Virus record (IMG/VR): IMGVR_UViG_3300045988_140506
DNA from: a virus
Reading direction: 5' to 3' (one strand)
Length of the DNA stretch: 34,851 nt
Shown here in pieces: positions 9,792 through 19,277 of the stretch (position 1 is the stretch's first letter; each line of letters begins with the position of its first letter). The position numbers and the translations under genes were made by a program. The notes under the pieces were generated by a model that saw nothing but the letters and a program-made list of their open reading frames with translations, was not told the DNA's origin and did not search any database.

Positions 9792-10343
9792 TTATCTCAA
9801 TCTCCCCGCCGTAAGGCTTATGCTCGCCCTTGCCCTGTTGTATTCAATCGCATTGTTTTCTTTGTAAACTTTGTAATCGAAATCTCTTGCCTTTGTAGTG
9901 TACTTGAAGCCCAAAGAAGTTGAAGCGGAAATCACCCCGAACGCTGTTCCTAATAGAATTCCTAACGGTCCACCCGCCGCCCCGTAGGTTGCCCCCATAG
10001 CAACGGTCGAGGCAAAGCCTGTCGCGTCTTGGAAAATCTCTGCTTTGCGCTGGGCAAGTTCTTGCAAGGCTTGGTCGCCGTACTTGTCGCCCATACCTTG
10101 AATAGCGTAATTCACGCCCGTATTGATAAGTTGTTTGCTTATCGCTACTCCGTGAGTAATGTTTACACGGAGAAATTGCGCGGACTGTGCGTAGGTGCTT
10201 GCTTGTTTCTTACCGCTTGAAGTGGACGAAGTTTCCCCCGTTGATACTTCTTCGGCAGGCTTTTGTTTCGCGCCTTTTGTTGCAACACCGCCGTCTTTCC
10301 GCACGATAACTTCAATTCTTTGCGTACCCGATTGATAAAGCAT
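9792..10343 (-). CDS. Virion protein with a Gly/Ala-rich hydrophobic segment (internal, ejection or very short tape-measure-like)
   Basis: AAGGAG RBS lies before ATG 10343. The sequence ATGFASTVAMGATYGAAGGPLGILLGTAFGVISAS is membrane-active in character. It lies immediately upstream of the 1200-aa tail protein. Confidence 0.5.
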   Translation of the reverse strand: MLYQSGTQRIEVIVRKDGGVATKGAKQKPAEEVSTGETSSTSSGKKQASTYAQSAQFLRVNITHGVAISKQLINTGVNYAIQGMGDKYGDQALQELAQRKAEIFQDATGFASTVAMGATYGAAGGPLGILLGTAFGVISASTSLGFKYTTKARDFDYKVYKENNAIEYNRARASISLTAGRLR

Positions 10344-10354
10344 AGTCTATCTCC

Positions 10355-11428
10355 TTATACTTTGCCCCAGCCCCTTGTGGTAATGCTCGAAATGTTAAAG
10401 TCGTTGTTCGTAATGACCTTTTGCATATTGTCAATCACGTCTTTATATACGTAAGTATGCTCGTTGCTCTTTATTCTTATGAAAATCGGAATATTTACGT
10501 CTTTTGCGACTTCAAGTTTCCCGTCGTACCTAATGCACGCACAACGCCAAAAAATGTCATTGAATTTCATTGTTAAGGGCTTATTGAAATCATAGAACGA
10601 AAACGTTTTTACGGTTTGCAAAGACTGCACCAAAAAGCCCGTCAAGTCAGGACGATTTTGCGTTACTAACGGCGTGGACGTGAAAATGTTTTGCCACGTC
10701 GCTTTTGTTATCGGCATTGTAAGGTATTTCGTTTCGCCCACAATGTTCCCGTTCTCGTCGTATGTATCGTCGCCGTCAAGCGATATTTGCACTTCCGTGT
10801 CGCCGTAGGTCAAGGCGTCGGCAAGATAGTTAATTGAAAAGTTGCTCGTTACGACAACCGTTTCGCCCAAAGGCGTCATAAACGGCTCTTGCTCATAGGT
10901 CAAGTCGCCCAACAAAATATACGCTTTAATGATGTTCCCGAACGAGTTTTGTATGTCTTGCGGGTTGCCCAAAAATGCGTTTCTGATTTTGGTTACATAA
11001 TAGTCAAGGTTGTTCACTTTGTCGGCTTGAATAAGAAAACTAATTCGTCCGAGTATGGTTTCGCTGTCTATGTCTTGGCTCGCCACAACTTCGCTGTCGA
11101 GTTTTTCCACCAAAGCATAGGCTTGGTTCATAGAAAAGTTCAAACTCCGCACCCAGTCGTCCAAAACCGAAAGACTTTGGTCGTCATCGTAAGTTTGCTC
11201 GTCAACCGACACAAGGTGGTCTTTCCACTTGTAAAATTCTATGTTCAAATACTCTGCAAGGTCAATCTCTTTTCGGCTTCCGCTACCCTCGTCAATAAGC
11301 ACAATCGGCTCGCTATTCGGGTTATTGTAAGTTACCTTTCCGTTCGTCTTTTTGTACGCCCAAAGATTGCCGTTGAAAATCTTGTCTATGATATTTTTAA
11401 TATCCGTAAGTGTAAATATCGTTCTCAT
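10355..11428 (-). CDS. Virion structural protein, function unknown (357 aa)
   Basis: Listed ORF 10355..11452. I prefer the ATG at 11428, which forms an ATGA overlap with the stop of the upstream gene and has GGTAGGAAAG upstream. It lies in the late operon. Confidence 0.55.
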   Translation of the reverse strand: MRTIFTLTDIKNIIDKIFNGNLWAYKKTNGKVTYNNPNSEPIVLIDEGSGSRKEIDLAEYLNIEFYKWKDHLVSVDEQTYDDDQSLSVLDDWVRSLNFSMNQAYALVEKLDSEVVASQDIDSETILGRISFLIQADKVNNLDYYVTKIRNAFLGNPQDIQNSFGNIIKAYILLGDLTYEQEPFMTPLGETVVVTSNFSINYLADALTYGDTEVQISLDGDDTYDENGNIVGETKYLTMPITKATWQNIFTSTPLVTQNRPDLTGFLVQSLQTVKTFSFYDFNKPLTMKFNDIFWRCACIRYDGKLEVAKDVNIPIFIRIKSNEHTYVYKDVIDNMQKVITNNDFNISSITTRGWGKV

Positions 11429-12036
11429 TGCTTTCCTACCTTTTGTAGCCATTTTTCTTTGCGTTGCTCATAGTTCAACGGACTTTTGACCACCATTTCT
11501 TGCACTTTCCACTTCTTTTGAGTTGCGGGAAAATCGTCGCCGTAAACTATGTTTTCCATTATGTCGTTCATAAGATACGAAACTTGCTTTTCCGTCATAC
11601 CCTCTATTTGTTGCATTGACTGCACCCGAAGAAGTAGTTTCGTTTGCACCCCATAACTGCGCCTATTCTTTTCCGCCTCTTTAAGCGCGTCCCTTATCAT
11701 ATCCATATTGTTAGCCGTAAACAAAATAATTTGTTTCTTTGCCAACAAAGCCTCGTAAACGGCGTTTTGAGCGTCGTCTAACTCCCCGACGAGTTCTCCG
11801 CCGATAATGAGTGTATCACCGCTCTGATGTGCCACCATTGGCTTGTAATAAGGTCTTGCGCCCGACTTTGCCGTGTCGAACACTTGTCGATTGACTGTTT
11901 TTGCGTTTGTGCGCTTTGAAACCTTGCCGTTTTCGAGTTCTTTTTCCCGATAATTTATCAACGGAAGTTTGCCCCGAAGTTTCTTGTTGTTGAAAATATC
12001 GACAAGTGTAAAGTTTTGCGAATACCTATTTGCCAT
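11425..12036 (-). CDS. Virion or morphogenesis protein, function unknown (203 aa)
   Basis: ORF in the late operon with ATG at 12036, tightly packed against its neighbours. No clear SD, so translational coupling is likely. Confidence 0.55.
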   Translation of the reverse strand: MANRYSQNFTLVDIFNNKKLRGKLPLINYREKELENGKVSKRTNAKTVNRQVFDTAKSGARPYYKPMVAHQSGDTLIIGGELVGELDDAQNAVYEALLAKKQIILFTANNMDMIRDALKEAEKNRRSYGVQTKLLLRVQSMQQIEGMTEKQVSYLMNDIMENIVYGDDFPATQKKWKVQEMVVKSPLNYEQRKEKWLQKVGKQ

Positions 12037-12038
12037 AG

Positions 12039-12632
12039 TTACAAAATGCTATTAAGGGTAGCGAAGTGTACCCTATAAGGTTTCGGGTTATACTTGACGA
12101 CCGTTTCGGGGTTTTCGACCGAGTAAAGGTGTTTGTCTATGACGACCAAATCTTCTTCGTGGAGTTGAATATCGTCGCTAAAATACTTAATGTTAAGCGA
12201 AGTCAGCGGAATAATGTTGCCTTTAAGAAATTGCGTTTCCGTACCCTCGATAGAGCCTTTAATCATATAATCGAAACTGCCCACAAAGTAATATTTGTTG
12301 GTTTGGTAGCGACTTATGTTGTTAAAGGTTGCGTTGAGTAGCGTTATGTTTCCGGGCAATTCCGTTAAAGTTTGCCACACAAGTCCGTTGTACTTAAAGT
12401 AAGTGTTTTGGTATTGCAAGATAGTAGTGTTGTCGCTAACTATGACTATTTTGCTTGTTTTCGGTGCTTCTGCTGTTTTTGAAAAAGTTAGTGTTTTATG
12501 GTCGAAAGTCCATAACAAATTATCGGAAGTCTTGTAAATCGTTGCAAGGTTTATGCTTTGTTCAAGCCCGACAAATCTTTTATAGAGTAAGCCTTTCGGG
12601 AGTTTTACGGTTGACTTGAATTTCATTTTCAT
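12039..12632 (-). CDS. Virion or morphogenesis protein, function unknown (197 aa)
   Basis: ORF in the late operon. GGTAGGTG lies upstream. A second ATG at 12626 is an equally possible start. Confidence 0.55.
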   Translation of the reverse strand: MKMKFKSTVKLPKGLLYKRFVGLEQSINLATIYKTSDNLLWTFDHKTLTFSKTAEAPKTSKIVIVSDNTTILQYQNTYFKYNGLVWQTLTELPGNITLLNATFNNISRYQTNKYYFVGSFDYMIKGSIEGTETQFLKGNIIPLTSLNIKYFSDDIQLHEEDLVVIDKHLYSVENPETVVKYNPKPYRVHFATLNSIL

Positions 12633-12639
12633 AACGCAC

Positions 12640-13191
12640 CTACCAGTCGTTGCCTTGCGGAATTACGCTGTATCTTCCATAATAGCGAAGCCCGAGCGTT
12701 TTCAGCATTTCGATTGCGTCTTTATGGAAATCGCGTTCTTGATTACGCACAACATCTTCGCTCATATTTTGCATAGTGTCAAGGTCTATGCCAGCAACGC
12801 CCGAAATATCGCCGTTATCAAGCAAATACTCTCCCTCGATAAACATTGCCTCTAAAAAGGCTTGGCGGTATTCAAATGGCGTGTAGCCCCTTATTCCGCG
12901 TACTGCGATAATGTAGTTGAGTTGTTGGCGCGTGCTTTTGTTGGTATTGTATATTTTGGTGTAGAATTTTCTTCTCAACGCCGAAAGCCATATCCGCACT
13001 TTGTCGGGCTGGTTGCCGTCAATCTCGACTTCGAGATTTCTTCCGCGTTCTTGGAAATACTTGCTCGTGAGTTCGTATTGGTGGTCTATTCCGATATAAA
13101 CGGCGTCATCGTCGCTGAACGGATAGTGCAACAAATCTTCGCCCATAATGTCTATTTGTTCTTTTGTGTAAAACGGTGCAATGTATGCCAT
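12640..13191 (-). CDS. Head-tail joining candidate (183 aa), assigned by position only
   Basis: AAAGGAGAATAACA lies before ATG 13191. It lies downstream of the capsid gene, beyond the 154-aa gene. Confidence 0.5.
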   Translation of the reverse strand: MAYIAPFYTKEQIDIMGEDLLHYPFSDDDAVYIGIDHQYELTSKYFQERGRNLEVEIDGNQPDKVRIWLSALRRKFYTKIYNTNKSTRQQLNYIIAVRGIRGYTPFEYRQAFLEAMFIEGEYLLDNGDISGVAGIDLDTMQNMSEDVVRNQERDFHKDAIEMLKTLGLRYYGRYSVIPQGNDW

Positions 13192-13193
13192 TG

Positions 13194-13658
13194 TTATTCT
13201 CCTTTAATGAATTGTTTTGAATAACTATCGTAAGTTTCTTGCGCGTGTTTCGTGAGTTTTGTGTCGGGGTGGTCTTGCATATATTTGTCAAGGTTGCCCG
13301 CCCTTGCTCTCAAAGTGTATTCGCTTTGCGGTTCAATGCCCTTAATCGGCGACTGTTCGGGAACTTTTTTGTCGCCTTTCGTGCCGAGTTCTTTTCCCGA
13401 ATATGCCCTTATGACTTCTTTGCCTTTGCTTTCCGCTTCTTGTTTCATAAGTTTGCCCTTTAAGGTGTTTTCCGAGTGTACTTGCATTTCTCTTGGAACT
13501 GCGGTCGTGGCAAATTTTTTGCCGTTCCTTGCGGTGGCAACTACTTGTATCTTATCTCCCGACCTTACATTGTCGTTGACTATGTAGGTATATCCGTCAA
13601 CGGTCTTTCCTAAACCTTGCCCTTGCGAGCCATATCCACATCTTGCTACTTTTGCCAT
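13194..13658 (-). CDS. 154-aa protein with a scaffold-like C-terminal motif (candidate capsid-targeted or decoration protein)
   Basis: AAGGAGATGGAAT lies before ATG 13658. The C-terminus QETYDSYSKQFIKGE matches the scaffold C-terminus NETFDSYAKQFL. Confidence 0.6.
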   Translation of the reverse strand: MAKVARCGYGSQGQGLGKTVDGYTYIVNDNVRSGDKIQVVATARNGKKFATTAVPREMQVHSENTLKGKLMKQEAESKGKEVIRAYSGKELGTKGDKKVPEQSPIKGIEPQSEYTLRARAGNLDKYMQDHPDTKLTKHAQETYDSYSKQFIKGE

Positions 13659-13677
13659 ATTCCATCTCCTTACTTAT

Positions 13678-13686
13678 ATTATACAC
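13678..13686 (-). promoter_or_regulatory. GTGTATAAT -10-type element downstream of the capsid terminator
   Basis: The minus strand reads ATGTGTATAATATAAGTAAGGAG, about 20 nt upstream of the ATG at 13658. Confidence 0.4.
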
Positions 13687-13692
13687 ATAAAT

Positions 13693-13722
13693 AAAAAAAA
13701 TGGTAGGGAATTTACCCTACCA
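13693..13722 (-). terminator. Rho-independent terminator after the major capsid gene
   Basis: Minus-strand RNA has a perfect 8-bp stem UGGUAGGG-UAAAUU-CCCUACCA followed by U8. It lies 18 nt after the capsid stop codon. Confidence 0.8.
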
Positions 13723-13739
13723 CTTCTTTCTAAAAGTTA

Positions 13740-14993
13740 TTAGTTGGTCGTGCCGTCGTTAAAGCCAGCAACCGCACTGTTACCCGTTACGACTTTGCCG
13801 TCAATCGGCGTGAACTTGATGGTGTTCATAATCAGCGCGATGTTTTCGTCAGTCCACTTGTTGGCAAGACTTGCGCCTGCGTCTTGGAGAACTTTAATCG
13901 TTGCACCGTGCAAGACTTCAACGCCTACTTTCATCTTCGGGAGAATGTACACACCACCGAAATAGGTGTTGGGGTTCGCGACCACGGACGGTCCGACGAT
14001 ACCACGGCAAGTGCCTGCGCCGTAAACAATCATACCTGCGAGCCTGTCAAGCAAGCCACGAACAGCAGCAGTATCGGTTGCAGCGTCGTTAGCCGTGCCG
14101 AGAACGCCGAGTGCGACATAGACGAATTTTCTCGTTACTTTGTTGAAAAGGAACATATCAACGCCGTCATACATACCGCACAAGCCCGTTCTGCTGTTGA
14201 TACGCGCGCCTTCTTGTCCCGAATACGGGTTCATAAAGCCCGTTGCAAGGATACGAGCGGACGCTTCACTTGCGTTCTGCATATACTGACCTTTAAGAAT
14301 TCTGTTGAGTTGCGGGGTAATAAAGCCCTGTCTTTCTTCCGCAGGAACAGTAAGTGCGCCGATTTCGGGAATACCGTCGTTGAGTTCTTCGTTTGCCGAA
14401 AGGAAAGCGTTAGGTGCGCTGTTGGCGTCGGTTGCCGCAACGGTGGGGTCGAACGCGAAGATTGCGCTTGCGATTTCCTCTGCTTTAATATCGGTTTTTA
14501 CGATTGCGCCTACTTGGTGAGTAAGAGCCTTGTCGAAGTTATCGCCGTTACGGAAGAAGCCTTCGATTTGTTTCGCATAAGTGATAATGTTAATAGCCAT
14601 ACCAGCCGTTTTGACAAGTTGTGCAAGGACGACTTGTTTCAGGGCGATAGGGTTAGAATAGATTTGCGAAGAAGTAATCGCGACACCCTCGTCGTAAATC
14701 AAGTCCACGGGAATGGTGTACTTGGTCGACTGCGGAGCGTTGTTGAAACCGCCCTCGTTTTTCTGGTTATGGAATGAGCCGTTATTGGTTGCGCCGAGTT
14801 GTCTAAATCTCGGAGCATAGGGCAGTACCCTCATAACGTCGATGTAAGTTACGTCTTCAACGTCGGAAGTTTTGGTGTATTTATCAACACAACCTTTTCC
14901 GTTAATGTGTTGAATTTCGGGGAATAAGTTTTCATAAACTAACATTGAACTTGCGTGTTCAACGTCGAAATTATTCAGTGCTACAAATGCCAT
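13740..14993 (-). CDS. Major capsid protein candidate (417 aa)
   Basis: AAGGAGATACCACG lies before ATG 14993. It comes directly after the scaffold-like gene and is followed by a strong terminator, the classic portal-scaffold-capsid order. The identity comes from order and size, not from a motif. Confidence 0.7.
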   Translation of the reverse strand: MAFVALNNFDVEHASSMLVYENLFPEIQHINGKGCVDKYTKTSDVEDVTYIDVMRVLPYAPRFRQLGATNNGSFHNQKNEGGFNNAPQSTKYTIPVDLIYDEGVAITSSQIYSNPIALKQVVLAQLVKTAGMAINIITYAKQIEGFFRNGDNFDKALTHQVGAIVKTDIKAEEIASAIFAFDPTVAATDANSAPNAFLSANEELNDGIPEIGALTVPAEERQGFITPQLNRILKGQYMQNASEASARILATGFMNPYSGQEGARINSRTGLCGMYDGVDMFLFNKVTRKFVYVALGVLGTANDAATDTAAVRGLLDRLAGMIVYGAGTCRGIVGPSVVANPNTYFGGVYILPKMKVGVEVLHGATIKVLQDAGASLANKWTDENIALIMNTIKFTPIDGKVVTGNSAVAGFNDGTTN

Positions 14994-15022
14994 CGTGGTA
15001 TCTCCTTATAAATGAATTTTTT

Positions 15023-15583
15023 TTACAAAAACTGTTTGGCATAACTATCAAAGGTTTCGTTTGCGGACTTATCCTTTTCGATAACGCCTTGACGGTTTAC
15101 GTTGCCGAAGTCTTTGTTTTCGTATTTTTCTTTTAAGCCGTTCGTTTCTTCTTGCGACTTGGATAATTGGTCTTTTAAGTCGGTGTTTTCTTTAACGAGT
15201 GCGTCGAATTTTGCCTCAAAGGCGGACAATCTTTCCATAAGTTCGTCTTTGGTAACTAAATCTTCAACTCTTACTCCGTTGCCGACAGGTTCGACTTCTT
15301 GAACTTCGGGGTTTTCAGTTTTAGGTTCTTCTTTGACGGGTTCTTCAACTTTTTCGGGTTGCTGTTCTTCGTCCACTTTTTTGATTTCTTCCTGTTTGAC
15401 CTCTTGGTTCTCGGTTACTTTGGTTTCGTCTTGCATTGCTTTAATTCTCCTTTTTGACTTTTTATTAGATTTCTGCTTAATTTCGTCTATGGGTTCTTCG
15501 CCCAACTTGCGAACGGCGGAACGCTCTTCGGCAGTCATCTTCCCGTGTCTTTCAAGAGCCTTAATCAGCCATTTGGTAAGCAT
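15023..15583 (-). CDS. Scaffolding protein candidate (186 aa)
   Basis: Highly charged Glu/Lys-rich helical sequence (EEIKKVDEEQQPEKVEEPVKEEPKTENPEVQE). It lies between portal and capsid. AAAGGAGAACT lies before the ATG. Confidence 0.7.
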   Translation of the reverse strand: MLTKWLIKALERHGKMTAEERSAVRKLGEEPIDEIKQKSNKKSKRRIKAMQDETKVTENQEVKQEEIKKVDEEQQPEKVEEPVKEEPKTENPEVQEVEPVGNGVRVEDLVTKDELMERLSAFEAKFDALVKENTDLKDQLSKSQEETNGLKEKYENKDFGNVNRQGVIEKDKSANETFDSYAKQFL

Positions 15584-15632
15584 AGTTCTCCTTTACACTA
15601 CTGACCTTTGTGCGTTCGTGTTGCTTATTATT

Positions 15633-15641
15633 ATTATACAC
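15633..15641 (-). promoter_or_regulatory. GTGTATAAT -10-type element between portal and scaffold genes
   Basis: The minus strand reads GGGATAGTGTATAATAATAATAAG in the 72-nt gap 15584-15655. Confidence 0.4.
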
Positions 15642-15655
15642 TATCCCTTGTGAAA

Positions 15656-17179
15656 CTATTTATTCCACGAAGAAAGCATAGTATCTTGTTGCCTATCTCT
15701 TCTGTCTTTTGTTTCTTTAAGATAGGCAATTTCACGGTCTTGTTCGTCCTTTGTCAAGGTGTTGCCGTAAGTCATTTTAACATACAATTCTTCGCTCATA
15801 TTGCCTGCGCTGAAACTGTCGCCGTTTGCCTTTTGTCTTTCGATAAATGGCGATTGGTCTTCCGCTTTCATTATGATTTCGACCGGACCGTGATTGTAGT
15901 AATACATCATTTCACGCAAAAGTTCGTTGATTTCGGGAGCGTTGAGTTGAATTTGCCCTTTAAGCCACGTATCGCTCTTTGTTCTTTCGCTTACGATTTC
16001 GGTAGCGGTTCTTGCGCCTGCGCCCTCGCTCAAAAATGAGGCAATGGAACTTGCGGACACATTGAGTTTGAACGAGCAGTCCTTGTAGATATTTTCCATT
16101 TGCGTACGCATATCGTTGCCACGCAGTAAGAACTGAATAGGCGTGATTTTGTCGCTATCTCCGTTCACGCTGGAAATCTTTTGATAAAACCTTTCGCTTA
16201 ACGCTCTATCGTCGTATGCGGGGTCGTCTTTATTCCAAAATTCTTCGGGGACTAACGCTCTCGCCCTTGCAAGGTCAACTTCGTTCTTCTCAAAGTATTT
16301 CATTTGGTCGTACTGGAAGTTTTCCGTAAACAGAATATCGCCGATAGGTTGCCCGAATTGCGTGTTAGGAATTTGCGGTATATCGTCCGTAAAGCGGAGA
16401 AGATAGCACCCCAACGAGTTCGGGAACGGCAAGAATTGTTCTTCGTCCACGATAACGCTCGGAAAATGCGACTTCACATACTCTTTGATTTTCGGCGGAA
16501 GATTTTTCCAGTTTATTCTTTGAGCGTTGTTTTGCGGGCGACTTTGGACTTCGGTTTGCAAGTTTGCGGAAGCCTTATAAACGCTCGCTTTGACGCAAGG
16601 TTTTCCGTCGTTGTTGAAATACCTTTCTTCGCAAATGCCGTAATGTTCTTTAATACCGCTCGGGTTCGTGTTGTGTATTGCGTCGAAAAAGACTTTCACG
16701 CTTACGACTTTTCCGCTTGCGTCTATGTCGGCAAAGAAAGTGTCTATCCTATGTGCGGAAGCGTAGAGTTCCTTGTCGCAACGGTTGAGTTTCAACAAAG
16801 ACGTTCCGCCAGCGATAGCGAACTTATGCGCCTTTTTAACCGCCTTGTAAAACTTTGTTTTTTTCGCCCATTGAATAGCGAATTGATAGTCTGCTCCTAT
16901 GCCGCTAAAATCAATGCCGTGGGCAAAAAGCATATTGTTAAGCCCCGTGGCTATGCTTTGCAACATTCTTTGCGGGACAAGCCCGCTTTTCTTGTTATGA
17001 AAACCGTTCACCCACCCGTCGTAGCACGCCAAACACCTATTAAGATAGATAGAATAGAAAGAGTAGTAATACTCTGGTGCTAAAAGGTAGAAAGTGTTGT
17101 TCACATAAAAGTCAAAATAATTGCCCAGCGTGTTATCGTTGAAACCCACTGTATCAATGTCAAAAATTTGTTGGCTCAT
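15656..17179 (-). CDS. Portal protein candidate (507 aa)
   Basis: The size and its position between terL and scaffold/capsid fit a portal. AAAGGAGAGTTCTT lies before the ATG. No motif-level confirmation. Confidence 0.65.
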   Translation of the reverse strand: MSQQIFDIDTVGFNDNTLGNYFDFYVNNTFYLLAPEYYYSFYSIYLNRCLACYDGWVNGFHNKKSGLVPQRMLQSIATGLNNMLFAHGIDFSGIGADYQFAIQWAKKTKFYKAVKKAHKFAIAGGTSLLKLNRCDKELYASAHRIDTFFADIDASGKVVSVKVFFDAIHNTNPSGIKEHYGICEERYFNNDGKPCVKASVYKASANLQTEVQSRPQNNAQRINWKNLPPKIKEYVKSHFPSVIVDEEQFLPFPNSLGCYLLRFTDDIPQIPNTQFGQPIGDILFTENFQYDQMKYFEKNEVDLARARALVPEEFWNKDDPAYDDRALSERFYQKISSVNGDSDKITPIQFLLRGNDMRTQMENIYKDCSFKLNVSASSIASFLSEGAGARTATEIVSERTKSDTWLKGQIQLNAPEINELLREMMYYYNHGPVEIIMKAEDQSPFIERQKANGDSFSAGNMSEELYVKMTYGNTLTKDEQDREIAYLKETKDRRDRQQDTMLSSWNK

Positions 17180-17191
17180 AAGAACTCTCCT

Positions 17192-17512
17192 TTATTTTTT
17201 CGCCTTTTTATGACTTTGGCTTACTTTCTTTTTAACTTCTTGACGGACTTCTTCTTCGGCAACATTCTTTTGCAGTTCCTTAAAGAAATCGGCAAGTTTG
17301 TCGGAAGAACACACGGAAATCATTTGCATAAACTCATCGAAGTCGTTGCGTAGTCCTTTAATCTCGCTCAAAAATTCGCAAAAGCAGTTAAGGATAAGTC
17401 TATTTGCTTGTTTGGGGTCGCTAATAGCGGTCAAAATGTCGTCTTGTTTCATAATGTCGAGAACTTCTTTGTCGATTTTCCCGCCTGTTACTTTGATTTC
17501 GTTGTTTTCCAT
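17192..17512 (-). CDS. Hypothetical protein (106 aa)
   Basis: AAAAAAGGAGAATAAT lies before ATG 17512. It is packed between terL and portal. Confidence 0.6.
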   Translation of the reverse strand: MENNEIKVTGGKIDKEVLDIMKQDDILTAISDPKQANRLILNCFCEFLSEIKGLRNDFDEFMQMISVCSSDKLADFFKELQKNVAEEEVRQEVKKKVSQSHKKAKK

Positions 17513-17513
17513 A

Positions 17514-17801
17514 TTATTCTCCTTTTTTATCGTCTGTTAAATAGAGTTTCATCAATGCGCTTGCGTTTCTGAAACTTTGTTTTGCTTGTATGAGTTGTTT
17601 CGTTGTTTCCGTAAGGACGTTAAGGAACGCAATTCTAACAGCCTCGTCCTCGGTTTTCCCCGCGCCGTCAAAGCCGATGTCTTTCAAGTATTCTTCTTCG
17701 GTCATCATAGCGTGTCGGGAAAAGGTCTTTGCAATAATCATATTCATAAGATTGTCGGCGGTTTTTTCTTGCGCCATTTGCTGTGCTTGTTTTTCTTCCA
17801 T
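17514..17801 (-). CDS. Hypothetical protein (95 aa)
   Basis: AAGGAGAAACT lies before ATG 17801. Confidence 0.6.
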   Translation of the reverse strand: MEEKQAQQMAQEKTADNLMNMIIAKTFSRHAMMTEEEYLKDIGFDGAGKTEDEAVRIAFLNVLTETTKQLIQAKQSFRNASALMKLYLTDDKKGE

Positions 17802-17810
17802 AGTTTCTCC

Positions 17811-19277
17811 TTATTTCTTAAAGCCTGCTAACTTTTTAATGTCGTTGTAATGCGCTTCTTGCTCGTAGTTTCTCTTTCGTATCGGGAAAGAAAGGTTGTA
17901 GCAATTACTGTAATAAGGCACAAGCGCGTACTCTAAACTGTCGCAACCGTCGTTCTTGATAGACGCGTCAAGTTTGCCTTTCTTATATCTTTGCGCCTCG
18001 ATTTCTTTGGCAAGTCTATGTTTATTCACTTCGCCGTTCCACATTGTCGTACCCTCGTTCATAATGGTAAGCACATTGTAGGCAAAAGCGTTTTTTATAA
18101 TGCCTAAGTTAACATCTTTCTTCTTCATCGTAAAGCCCTTAATGTCTATGTACTTCCACATTTTCTTTCGTGGCGAAGTCTTTTTCAAGTGCTTTAACTG
18201 TGCAATAAACGGGCTTGCCGCGCCGTCCACGCTCAAAATCGTATGTAATTGATTATACGCTATCCCGTACTTATTGTCTAAAAACTCTAAAAACTCGTCC
18301 AACAATTCGCACTGTTCCGTGGGCGCAAGGGTTCTGTTAGTTTCTTCGGGGTCGTCGTAGCACACTTCAAGCGTTTGCGCTGTCCCGTCGTCCAAAATGG
18401 CAACTGGCGTTACAAAGAAAGTGTCGTTCGCTGTCGCGTGGTCTATGCCGATTATCAGCGTAACAATGTAATGCTCGTCCAACTCGTAGGCTCTCTTGTA
18501 GTTTTTCGCCCTTGTAAATTGCGGGAAAACAACGTCGCTCGTGCTTGCGTGTATGTCGCCCAAAAACATTCGCCTAAACTCAATATAGTTTACTTTCTTG
18601 TAGTTCTCTATGTAGTTTCGCGTTTGTTCGTTCAACAGCCCCCAAATATTGTAGCAGTTCGCATAAATGTAGCACCACTCGGGGTCTTGTCTTTTGTCGT
18701 TTACAAAGTCTATAAACCAATGCCCCGCCGTTTCGCTGTTGCCTACCACTATCATTTTCGCCGACTTGTCAAGTTGTCGGATAAACGTCGCGATAGACTG
18801 TTCCACCACGTTGGCGTCCTTGTTCTTTTGCGCCTCTTCAAAAAGCACCAACGACAATTTGTTCTTTGTCGAAATACCCCTTGTTCGCTGACCGCCCTTG
18901 CTGTCCGTAATCGGATAAAAGTACGTCGCGCCTTGTTGCCCTTTGTGTACCACCCTATCGTGGGACTTCGGAATATACCAGTCGCGCGTTATGTCGTCGC
19001 CCACATCATACCCCGAATTGTTCAAAAACTTCTCTATCTCGTTAATGATACTGTCCTTGATTTCCGTCGCCGTGGCTTGCAAAATAACAATGTCCCTGTC
19101 AGGAAACTTGTTTATAAACACCCACCAAATAGCAACAAGAATACTCGTCTTGCCCGAAATTCGCCCCGATGACAGCACAAAATACCGATAGTTGTCATAA
19201 AATATCTCTTTGTACACATCTGGTATCAGCAAATTCGACGCCGACAACCCGTCATTGTTCACTACTTCCTTGCTCAT
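17811..19277 (-). CDS. terL: Terminase large subunit
   Basis: N-terminal Walker A-like SSGRISGKTS, a hydrophobic-strand-plus-acid LVLFEEAQ (Walker B-like), and a C-terminal nuclease-sized half. It follows terS with a 26-nt overlap. Confidence 0.9.
   Translation of the reverse strand: MSKEVVNNDGLSASNLLIPDVYKEIFYDNYRYFVLSSGRISGKTSILVAIWWVFINKFPDRDIVILQATATEIKDSIINEIEKFLNNSGYDVGDDITRDWYIPKSHDRVVHKGQQGATYFYPITDSKGGQRTRGISTKNKLSLVLFEEAQKNKDANVVEQSIATFIRQLDKSAKMIVVGNSETAGHWFIDFVNDKRQDPEWCYIYANCYNIWGLLNEQTRNYIENYKKVNYIEFRRMFLGDIHASTSDVVFPQFTRAKNYKRAYELDEHYIVTLIIGIDHATANDTFFVTPVAILDDGTAQTLEVCYDDPEETNRTLAPTEQCELLDEFLEFLDNKYGIAYNQLHTILSVDGAASPFIAQLKHLKKTSPRKKMWKYIDIKGFTMKKKDVNLGIIKNAFAYNVLTIMNEGTTMWNGEVNKHRLAKEIEAQRYKKGKLDASIKNDGCDSLEYALVPYYSNCYNLSFPIRKRNYEQEAHYNDIKKLAGFKK

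Noticed and set aside
2913-14440. Short minus-strand ORFs nested out of frame in big genes (2913..3101, 4025..4330, 13106..13291, 14231..14440) and, outside this span, 33783..33968
   Set aside because: They are embedded in longer ORFs in the same orientation, have no RBS, and have Arg/Leu-rich nonsense-like sequences.
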